Shown: one piece after another, positions 20,841-27,716 of the stretch | How positions within the stretch are numbered: the first letter of the stretch is position 1 | Layout: the number at the start of each line of letters is the position of its first letter | Made by a program: the position numbers and the translations under genes | Origin: Actinomycetes bacterium | GTDB taxonomy: Bacteria > Actinomycetota > Acidimicrobiia > Acidimicrobiales > JAJZJN01 | DNA length: 52,804 bases | Assembly: GCA_021851165.1 (NCBI GenBank) | Contig: JAJZJN010000001.1 | Span: forward strand, 1 to 52,804 | Reading direction: 5' to 3' | Notes under the pieces: model-generated | What the model was told of the DNA's origin: nothing | The model's database searches: none | Seen by the model: the letters and a program-made list of their open reading frames with translations, nothing else

Positions 20841-22351
20841 GACCCCGGCCGGTGACCAGGCGGGTAGGTACGGGCCAGATCCTCGGCAGAAGGGTCTCGG
20901 AGAGCCTCGGCGGGCACCAGCCGCTCGATCGCATCGAGCAGGCGCCGGGTCGCCGCCCGTGGATCGCTGCTGCCACCAGGGAGAGCCATCGGCATGCCTA
21001 CCCGCACCACGACCTCCGGAGGATGTGTGATGTTACATACTGCAGGCACCCGCGCCGAGCGAGGCCACACCTTCTCGGTGCCCCAGATGCCGATCGGCAC
21101 GACCGGGGCCCCCGACATCGCCGCCAGCCGCGCAGCCCCGGTGCGCCCCTTCAGCCTCGGGTCGAAGAACTCCTCTCCCCGCGGGATGGTGCCCTGTGGC
21201 AGGATCACGACGACCTCGCCGGCGCCGAGAGCCCTGGCAGCCTCGCGCAGCGGCCTGTCCGAGCCACTTCCACGATCAACCGGTATCCCACCGAGAGCCC
21301 GCGCTATAGGGCCGATAATCACGGCATCCAGCATCTCCCTCTTGGCAAGGAAGCGAACCGGCCGCCCGATACGAGCTGCAAGCACGCCGAGCGCCGCAAC
21401 GTCGAAATAGCTCCGATGGTTCGCTGCAAGGATCACCGCGCCGGTAGCAGGTATGTTCTTCTCCCCTGTCACGTTGAAGCGTGCGTAGGGGAAAGCTGCC
21501 GGACGCACCAGCGGCCGCAGCAGGTGGTATGGCTCCAAGCCGGCCACGGTCGGCACGCCCTCCGGATGGTTCCAGTGCTCGACCGGCCAGCGCCGCAGGG
21601 CCGCAAACACCCTCAGGCGCGGATCCGGGTTGACTGCATGGGGGAACCCAACCGCGTTCATGAGCGGCAGGTCGAACACGCTGTCGGAGTAAGCATGGCT
21701 ACGAGCAAGGTCGATCCCCTCTGCCCCGCAGAAGCTACGCACCGCCCTCAGCTTGCCGGACGACCAGACGAAGTCGCCTTCTATGCCCCCCGTCAGCACA
21801 CCATCACTGCGTGCGTATCTCGTTGCCACGAGATCGTCGAAACCGAGCAGCTCCACAAGAGGCCAGATGAGATCAGCCGGGGTCGTGGTGGCGAGCACCA
21901 GCCTTGCTCCCTCTGCCCGGTGCTCTTCGAGCACGCCCATCGCGTAGGGCTGGATCATCCGAGCCAGGACAGGCGCTGCACGCTCACCAGCCCTGCGGAA
22001 CGCGTCCAGAGGCCAGCCCCTGGTGAAGCTCGCGGCCAGCCTCACCAGGGCCATGAACGGCAAGGTCTCGCCCAGCCGGTCGTAGGCGGCATAGGCGAGC
22101 CTGTCACCCGGCATCCTCATGCGCGAGCTCATGAGCCCCTCTGCCACCATGGCTTCGGACAACACCGGTCCGCTCGCTCCCGTGAGGAGGGTCCGGTCGA
22201 GATCTACGAATACGGCTCTCGTAGTGTCCACGCACCGCACGTTACCGGATGGCCGAGCCGCCCCCGGCGGCTGTGGACCCGGAGGCAACCAGGCCCCGGA
22301 CGCGACGAAGGGACCGGAGGGGGGGTATCCGGTCCCTTCGCACCGACTCAC
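20837..22351 (-). CDS. HAD-IB hydrolase / PlsC acyltransferase bifunctional protein (M. tuberculosis Rv2483c-type architecture)
   Basis: N-terminal half has FVDLDRTLL (canonical DxDxT) and YSDSVFDLPLMNAVGFPHAVNP. C-terminal half has NHRSYFD (HX4D) and the ILPQGTIPRG block. Its TGA overlaps the murT-gatD GTG (GTGA at 20837-20840). The N-terminal ~40 aa are low complexity, so the true start may be downstream (about 22231-22240). Confidence 0.88.
   Translation of the reverse strand: MSRCEGTGYPPSGPFVASGAWLPPGPQPPGAARPSGNVRCVDTTRAVFVDLDRTLLTGASGPVLSEAMVAEGLMSSRMRMPGDRLAYAAYDRLGETLPFMALVRLAASFTRGWPLDAFRRAGERAAPVLARMIQPYAMGVLEEHRAEGARLVLATTTPADLIWPLVELLGFDDLVATRYARSDGVLTGGIEGDFVWSSGKLRAVRSFCGAEGIDLARSHAYSDSVFDLPLMNAVGFPHAVNPDPRLRVFAALRRWPVEHWNHPEGVPTVAGLEPYHLLRPLVRPAAFPYARFNVTGEKNIPATGAVILAANHRSYFDVAALGVLAARIGRPVRFLAKREMLDAVIIGPIARALGGIPVDRGSGSDRPLREAARALGAGEVVVILPQGTIPRGEEFFDPRLKGRTGAARLAAMSGAPVVPIGIWGTEKVWPRSARVPAVCNITHPPEVVVRVGMPMALPGGSSDPRAATRRLLDAIERLVPAEALRDPSAEDLARTYPPGHRPGS
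22310..22336. promoter_or_regulatory. Perfect 9-bp inverted repeat GGGACCGGA-N9-TCCGGTCCC
   Basis: Read directly. It lies 15-41 nt inside the longest-ORF 5' end of the HAD-PlsC gene, next to the AT-rich LysR divergent region. It could be an operator or 5' stem-loop if the true start is downstream. Confidence 0.35.
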
Positions 22352-22463
22352 CAGGAAGAGGAGGGGGGGTTCCGTGCTCCCTGTGGTCTGATGTATCTAT
22401 TGTGCACGGATGAACGTGGATCAGTCAAACAGGTATTACAGATATGTACTATCATTATAAACG

Positions 22464-23435
22464 ATGGAGCTGCGACATCTCCAGGCCCTGGTGGGCGTAG
22501 CCGAGAACGGCTCGTTTTCCGCTGCCGCAGACGCCATCGGGACCGTCCAGTCGAACATCTCGGCTCATGTGGCGCGCCTCGAAGCCGAGCTGAAGGTCAA
22601 GCTGGTCGACCGCGGATCAGGTCACCTGACCCCTGAAGGCGAGGTAGTGGTAGCACGTGCCTACAGAGTGTTCGCAGAGCTTGACTCGCTCGGAGCCGAC
22701 CTGGGTGCATTGCGTGCCGAAGTGTCCGGAACAGTTAGGATCGGCATGATCGGCACCACGGCCCGCTGGCTCGTGCCACGCCTACTTGCCGCGGCTCTGG
22801 CCCTTCACCCGAAGCTCAGGGTAGTGGTCTCCGAGGGCACTACAACTGGGCTCGAGCCTCTCCTTGGTGCGGGGAGGCTAGACGCCGCAATCGTGACCCT
22901 ACCCGTGGCAGGGCGTGAACTCAACTTCGAGCCGCTGTTCGACGAGGAGATCGTCCTCGTCGTTCCGGAGCGCAACGATCCCACACTTGGCATGAGCCGG
23001 GTAGGCTTGCCATTCCTGGCGGGCCTGGACCTTATCCTTCCCGCTCCTGGCACTCCCTTTCGCGCCGAGATCGACTCTGCAGTCAAGCCTTCCGGTGTGC
23101 GCCTGCACCCGCTAGCCGAGCTGGACGGGGTCAGACTGATAGCGTCGCTTGCCTTCGAGGGCTACGGCCCCGCTCTCCTGCCCGCTACAGCAGTGCCTGG
23201 CCACCTGCGACCCCGCTTCCGCCTCGTGGCGGTAGACGGGCTCCCACGCCGTCAGGTGGGTCTGGTGGTACGCAGCCGAGGTCTCCCGTCAGCCGCAACC
23301 CGTGCGGCGCTCACGACGCTACGCGATGTTCTTTCCGATAGCACCAAGCTCCCCGAGGGCATCCATCCCCCGACCGTTCCGAGCTCCGACCGGATGGACG
23401 GCTCGGTACGCGCCATCGGCGCCCCGAACGGCTGA
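22464..23435 (+). CDS. LysR-family transcriptional regulator
   Basis: MELRHLQALVGVAENGSFSAAADAIGTVQSNISAHVARLEAELKVKLVDR HTH plus a periplasmic-binding-like effector domain. It is preceded by an unusually AT-rich stretch (22381-22463) containing TACA-N4-TGTA at 22437-22448. Confidence 0.9.
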   Translation: MELRHLQALVGVAENGSFSAAADAIGTVQSNISAHVARLEAELKVKLVDRGSGHLTPEGEVVVARAYRVFAELDSLGADLGALRAEVSGTVRIGMIGTTARWLVPRLLAAALALHPKLRVVVSEGTTTGLEPLLGAGRLDAAIVTLPVAGRELNFEPLFDEEIVLVVPERNDPTLGMSRVGLPFLAGLDLILPAPGTPFRAEIDSAVKPSGVRLHPLAELDGVRLIASLAFEGYGPALLPATAVPGHLRPRFRLVAVDGLPRRQVGLVVRSRGLPSAATRAALTTLRDVLSDSTKLPEGIHPPTVPSSDRMDGSVRAIGAPNG

Positions 23436-23480
23436 AGCATGAAGCAGCAGGCTGCGGAGCCCTACGACCGCCTCAAGACC

Positions 23481-23654
23481 TCATGCGTCAACTATGTGGG
23501 ACCGTATTGCGGCTTCGAGATCACTTGTCAGCTCGCCTATATCGTGCTCTTCCCTCCCGTGGTCGGAGACACGCTCTAGAAGCTCCTCTTCGCTGCATGC
23601 CTCGAAGACATGCCGGCAGCCCGGTATGACATCACCACAGCAGAACTGCTTCAC
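23481..23654 (-). CDS. DUF1059-family small metal-binding protein (57 aa)
   Basis: VKQFCCGDVIPGCRHVFEACSEEELLERVSDHGREEHD matches the DUF1059 pattern (K.F.C.D.. GC.. F...seeEl....eHa). The GTG at 23654 has GAGG 8 nt upstream. The upstream part of the 114-aa track ORF overlaps the EAL gene end and looks non-coding. Confidence 0.65.
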   Translation of the reverse strand: MKQFCCGDVIPGCRHVFEACSEEELLERVSDHGREEHDIGELTSDLEAAIRSHIVDA

Positions 23655-23673
23655 GCCCACCGCCTCGATCGGA

Positions 23674-24852
23674 TCATCCAGCCGGGCAATCCCTACCCAC
23701 TCCGACCTGCCGCGCCGTCCGGGCGAGGCCCACCATGGCCTCCACCAGTCGTTCGACTCGTATGTACCCGGCGACCGCGCCCGCTGCGTCGACGCACAAC
23801 AGCGGCTCCCAGCGGTCATCGCCACTACGAGCCAGCGCCCTCTCCGCCACGTCGCATACAGCCTCGGTCGCCTTCACACGCATGGGCTTGGCCGTTCCAT
23901 GCGCAGGTGCTGGTTCCCATGGGAGATCCTCCACGAGTGGGGCGATGGTCCCTGCCCCGGAAGCAATCGCCTTCGCCCTGGAACGGACCCGCTCCTTTGC
24001 CGCAGGGTCGACCCCGGGCGGGTTGGCCGAGGGCCTCGCAAGGAGGTATCCCTGGGCAAGTGGCACGCCGATCCGCACCAGTGCATCTAGCTCCCCGTTG
24101 CGCTCGACACCCTCGGCAAGCAGCCAGGCATCGAGCCTACCCGAGACCGCACCCAGCATCTCGAGCAGCGCCAGCTTCACCTCGTCGTGGTCTATGTCGC
24201 TCACGAGACTGCGGTCCGCCTTGACGAAGTCCGGCTTGATAAGGCTCAGCCACTGCAGGCCGGCATATCCGGTACCGGCGTCGTCAACCGCGATTAGGCC
24301 ACCTTTGTCACGCAGAGAATCGAGCTGGAGGCCGAGCGCCGCGTAGTCAGGGATCACACTGTGCTCGGTAAGCTCGATCACCACGCCCTCGAGCGAGCCC
24401 GCGCCCAGAAGAGCTTCGCTCACCTCATCGGACCCGATGAGCCCTGGTGTCACGTTCAGTGCCAGGAATGCCCCGCGTGGCAGCTCGCCCCGGCGCGCGA
24501 GGGCGTTATGGATCGCCTGGGCTTCGAGCTGCGGACCGAACCCCAGGTGGCCTGCTGCCGCGAACCACACATCCGGTGTCGCGTCGGGCGGGCCGGAGAA
24601 ACGAGCGAGCGCCTCGAAGCCGACCGCCTCACCCGTGCGCAGATCCACCACAGGCTGGAGGTGCAGCGCTGGTCCACCCGTAGCCACGACACGCTGCAGG
24701 GCATCCTCCCACTGACCTATGGAGGCTGGACCACCTGACACATCCGGGACCTCTCCAAGCACATCGTGTATGACGTGGGGCTGATCACCATCCACCACCC
24801 CGGACCAGCGGAGCCCGCCTCGCCTGTCGTAACTCGCCTCTGGCGTGTCCAA
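23674..24852 (-). CDS. EAL-domain c-di-GMP phosphodiesterase with a C-terminal CBS-like region
   Basis: All EAL signature positions are visible: GFEALAR, LALNVTP, ELTE, AVDDAGTG, VKADRS, LAEGVE, AQGY. No GGDEF or sensor domain is present. The TTG start at 24852 is uncertain. Confidence 0.85.
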   Translation of the reverse strand: MDTPEASYDRRGGLRWSGVVDGDQPHVIHDVLGEVPDVSGGPASIGQWEDALQRVVATGGPALHLQPVVDLRTGEAVGFEALARFSGPPDATPDVWFAAAGHLGFGPQLEAQAIHNALARRGELPRGAFLALNVTPGLIGSDEVSEALLGAGSLEGVVIELTEHSVIPDYAALGLQLDSLRDKGGLIAVDDAGTGYAGLQWLSLIKPDFVKADRSLVSDIDHDEVKLALLEMLGAVSGRLDAWLLAEGVERNGELDALVRIGVPLAQGYLLARPSANPPGVDPAAKERVRSRAKAIASGAGTIAPLVEDLPWEPAPAHGTAKPMRVKATEAVCDVAERALARSGDDRWEPLLCVDAAGAVAGYIRVERLVEAMVGLARTARQVGVGRDCPAG

Positions 24853-25003
24853 TGGCTCACCCTTTCCCGAGCACCCCAGCCCATCACTCGTATCGGCGCG
24901 ACCTCACCCATCGCTTTAGCCCGCAATGGACAATCGCCACCCAACTGCTTAACTGCCCAGCTCACGACCACGACGCATCTGTGGGCCGCTGCCCGGCTCG
25001 GCA

Positions 25004-25051
25004 CGATCGCCGTAGCCCGATCGCCGTAGCCCGATCGCCGTAGCCCGATCG
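25004..25051. repeat. Non-coding 14-bp tandem repeat CGATCGCCGTAGCC x3.4
   Basis: Units at 25004-25017, 25018-25031 and 25032-25045, plus a partial cgatcg. It lies in the 254-bp spacer between the GNAT stop and the EAL start. Confidence 0.9.
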
Positions 25052-25106
25052 GTTGCCTCCCGCCGCATAGGCACCACGCTGGTGCGACAGCCGAGCCAGC
25101 GCGCCC

Positions 25107-25757
25107 TCATTGCGAGGGCGGCCGCGCCTCGCGCCACATGAGCCAGAGCGTGGGTCCTTCACGGGGAAGATGCAGCTCGCTCATCACCTCGAATCCGTGC
25201 CTGCGGTAAAACGGCACGTTGCGCTCCTTCGATGATTCCAGGTAGGCGGGCATTCCCTCCTCGTCACAGCGCGACAGCACCCTGCGCAGGAGTGCAGAGC
25301 CCACTCCCTGACCCTGCCGTTGTGGCTCCGTGCCCAGAGTGGCGAGGTACCAGTGCTCCTCCGACGGACGGAGGGCTTCCATCCTCGCGATCATGCTCAC
25401 GGCCCTCAACATGCGCCGTCCGGCTAGGTAAGGCAGGACCGGCAACATCTGCACCAGATCCCTCGGTGTTGGGCGCGCTTTAGACGGAGGTGCCCACAAC
25501 GCCGCACCGGCAAGGTCCTCGGTTGTCCACACTTCGCCCGCCGGAAGGTACCCGTGGGCAAGCTGGATACCGAAGAACCTCCTCAATGCCCGCTCCCGCG
25601 TACGGGAGTGGGTGAACAGGTACACAGCCACCGGGTCATCCTCGAACGCTCGCGCCAGCACCGAGGCCAGCGGACGAGCATCTTCAAGACCCGCTCGCCG
25701 AACCTGAATCGGGGCAGGAGGCCGCCGGCTCGCCGGCGGCATCGCTCGTTGCATCAC
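25107..25757 (-). CDS. GNAT-family N-acetyltransferase
   Basis: WYLATLGTEPQRQGQGVGSALLRRVL (acetyl-CoA Q/RxxGxG/A motif) and PAYLESSKERNVPFYRRHGFEV. Its start overlaps the stop of the upstream fused TA gene (GTGA at 25754-25757). Confidence 0.85.
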   Translation of the reverse strand: MMQRAMPPASRRPPAPIQVRRAGLEDARPLASVLARAFEDDPVAVYLFTHSRTRERALRRFFGIQLAHGYLPAGEVWTTEDLAGAALWAPPSKARPTPRDLVQMLPVLPYLAGRRMLRAVSMIARMEALRPSEEHWYLATLGTEPQRQGQGVGSALLRRVLSRCDEEGMPAYLESSKERNVPFYRRHGFEVMSELHLPREGPTLWLMWREARPPSQ

Positions 25758-26350
25758 CGCTGGAGATGGAGGAAGTCGCCGCGCATGATCTCGACCATGC
25801 GGACCGCCCGCTGCAGGGCATCCAACCTATAGACGAGCCTCTTGCCACCGAAGTGCGCCACGTAGAGCCGCTCGAGATCGCCGGCCAGCTCGACGCCGGC
25901 GCCGGCGGGATCATCGAGAAAGCGACCCGTGATGTATCGCGTGATCTCGGCACGCTCTGCCGGAGTGGCACGGCTGGCCAGCGCGTCACGACACCCGCTC
26001 GACACCATGAGCCTCCATCGCTGCGGGTGCGGCAGAGTGTCAGGGAGGACGCCAACTTCATCAGCCAGGTCCCTGCCCCAGACGAAGCCCCCCGTGTGGA
26101 TCGCGAGATCGCCTGCCCTGATGCGCTCCGTGGCTGCCGGATCGCTCAGGATCTCGATTGTCTCGTCCATGCCGTCCAGGCTGCGCTCGGTCAGGAGAAC
26201 CACAGCGATACCGTCGACATCGGCCCCTACCCGCTTCTCACTGTGGACCACTCGGCGCGCCACTTCGACGAAGGGAAGCTGGGTCTCTGCTGGCGCCAGT
26301 ATGCGATCGGTCACTCTGGCGATGGTAGCCGTGAGCGGCTCGACAGCCAA
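25754..26350 (-). CDS. Single-chain Phd/YefM-like antitoxin fused to a RelE/ParE-like toxin domain
   Basis: aa ~25-95 (VEVARRV...IAVVLLTERSLDGMDETIEILSDPAATERIRAGD) resemble the YefM/Phd pattern. aa ~111-195 (RWRLMVSSGCRDALAS...ITRYITGRFLDDP..GVELAGDLERLYVAHFGGKRLVYRLDALQRAVRMVEIMR) resemble the RelE/ParE pattern. There is no stop between the two parts. The TTG start is uncertain. Confidence 0.65.
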   Translation of the reverse strand: MAVEPLTATIARVTDRILAPAETQLPFVEVARRVVHSEKRVGADVDGIAVVLLTERSLDGMDETIEILSDPAATERIRAGDLAIHTGGFVWGRDLADEVGVLPDTLPHPQRWRLMVSSGCRDALASRATPAERAEITRYITGRFLDDPAGAGVELAGDLERLYVAHFGGKRLVYRLDALQRAVRMVEIMRGDFLHLQR

Positions 26351-26401
26351 TGTGGGCTTCGCTCAGAAGTTCTATCCTCTCGGTCGAGGCTTGGTCGCGG
26401 C

Positions 26402-27082
26402 TCAGTTGAGCGTAGGGTCCGGTGGGTAGTTGGCCAGCATCGACAGTTCGCCGCCCTGCCTGCGGAGCACGTCGGACCACAATGACCCCGGATCCTCACA
26501 GAAGATGTCCGCGGGGATTGCCCCGAGCACGATCCATCCCCCCGCTTCGAGCTCCCCCTCGAGCTGGCCCGGGCCCCAGCCGGCATATCCTGCAAAGAGC
26601 CTTGCCCCGTCAATGGCGACGTCCTGGCTGCCGGGGGGCAGTGACAGGTCGACCGTATCGGCACCAAGCGCAGCCCGCCATCCACCGGCAGCTGGCCCTT
26701 CCCCTCCTCGAGCCGCTCCTCGGGCTGGGCCGGCAGCCAGGCGCCCGATGCCTATCATCGCGTTCGGCGCGACGGGTCCGCCCGAGAACACCAGCGCCGG
26801 CGGCGTCCTTCTTGCCTCGGATGCCCAGCTGCCTATGATCTCCGCAACTTCCACCTCCGTCGGGCGGTTCAAGATGACACCCAGAGCACCCTCCGGGCCG
26901 TGGTCCAAGACGAGAAGGACAGTCCTGTCGAAGTTGGGATCGACGAGAGCCGGCGCTGCAACCAACAGGTCACCAGCAAGCGATCTGCCATCCCCGTCGG
27001 GCTCCTCTCCCCATGCCGGAGCTATGTCACCTGTCGATCCTGCCATCCACCGATCATGGCGCGAACCCGGGCTATCGGTCAC
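26402..27082 (-). CDS. YqgE/AlgH-family (UPF0301, DUF179) protein
   Basis: GDLLVAAPALVDPNFDRTVLLVLDHGPEGALGVILNRP ... FAGYAGWGPGQLEGELEAGGW is the family signature. The start overlaps the upstream gene stop by 4 nt. Confidence 0.85.
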   Translation of the reverse strand: MTDSPGSRHDRWMAGSTGDIAPAWGEEPDGDGRSLAGDLLVAAPALVDPNFDRTVLLVLDHGPEGALGVILNRPTEVEVAEIIGSWASEARRTPPALVFSGGPVAPNAMIGIGRLAAGPARGAARGGEGPAAGGWRAALGADTVDLSLPPGSQDVAIDGARLFAGYAGWGPGQLEGELEAGGWIVLGAIPADIFCEDPGSLWSDVLRRQGGELSMLANYPPDPTLN

Positions 27083-27699
27083 AACGGCTCCCCCGCAGGC
27101 CCCCCGGCCTCATCGCCACCCGCAGGCCCCCCGGCCTCATCGCCACCCGCAGGCCCCCCGGCCGCGGCATCCCCGCGGGGTCCCCCGCCCGTAGGGTCAG
27201 GACTAGAGAACAGCAGTGGAGCATCCCTCAAGTGCCTGGGTGGCTCCGTCCCGGTGGTGCCCCCGACAAACGCAGCCACTGTTCTACGCATAACGCCGCG
27301 AGCCATCCACACCAGGAATGCCGCCATGGGCAGGTTGCCGAACACCGCCGTTACGATCGTTACCACCTCGCCGCGCGTTCCGAAGGACGTGTTGACATCG
27401 AACCACGCATCGCAGACGAGCATGGTCGCCGCCACTATGGCGGAGCCTGCCAGGATCTGACGCTTGGTCCACACCGCCCAGGCGTTGAACGCGAGCACAG
27501 CCATCAGGGCCGCATCGAAGCCCACCCATGCAACGTTCCAGTTGTGACTCCTGAAATGGCCCGGTAGCGTCACCGCGAGGTAACCAGTCCATGGCACCAT
27601 GCCTATGACCACGACGAATACACCCAGGGCCACCCACCTGCTCATCCGGGTCAGATCCTCATCATTGGCGTGGACGCCGGTCTCCTTCGCCGAATCCAT
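27079..27699 (-). CDS. Hypothetical 4-TM membrane protein with a Gly/Pro/Ala repeat tail
   Basis: Four hydrophobic helices, and a C-terminal AGGPAGGDE repeat encoded by the 27-bp repeat. The ATG at 27697-27699 is only 17 bp from the divergent ATPase ATG. Confidence 0.6.
   Translation of the reverse strand: MDSAKETGVHANDEDLTRMSRWVALGVFVVVIGMVPWTGYLAVTLPGHFRSHNWNVAWVGFDAALMAVLAFNAWAVWTKRQILAGSAIVAATMLVCDAWFDVNTSFGTRGEVVTIVTAVFGNLPMAAFLVWMARGVMRRTVAAFVGGTTGTEPPRHLRDAPLLFSSPDPTGGGPRGDAAAGGPAGGDEAGGPAGGDEAGGPAGEPL
27094..27163. repeat. 27-bp tandem repeat x2.6 (in frame, tail of the membrane protein)
   Basis: cgcaggccccccggcctcatcgccacc at 27094-27120 and 27121-27147, with a partial third copy to 27163. 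Confidence 0.9.
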
Positions 27700-27716
27700 G
27701 GGCCTAGATTAGGCTC
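27700..27716. promoter_or_regulatory. 17-bp divergent intergenic region with back-to-back -10-like hexamers (TAGATT plus strand, TAATCT minus strand) inside the GCCTA-N3-TAGGC inverted repeat
   Basis: Each hexamer ends exactly 6 nt before the A of its own ATG (27717 on plus, 27699 on minus). This is the geometry expected for leaderless transcripts. Confidence 0.4.

Noticed and set aside
17540-22636. Plus-strand ORFs 17540-19039 (499 aa) and 20765-22636 (623 aa).
   Set aside because: They overlap PlsC, MurT-GatD and HAD-PlsC in other frames or strands. Their translations are Arg/Pro/His junk with no motifs.
25004-25051. Possible CRISPR array (the same question applies to the other tandem repeats).
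   Set aside because: The repeats are directly abutting with no spacers, the units are only 6-27 bp, and no cas genes are present. These are tandem duplications, not CRISPR.
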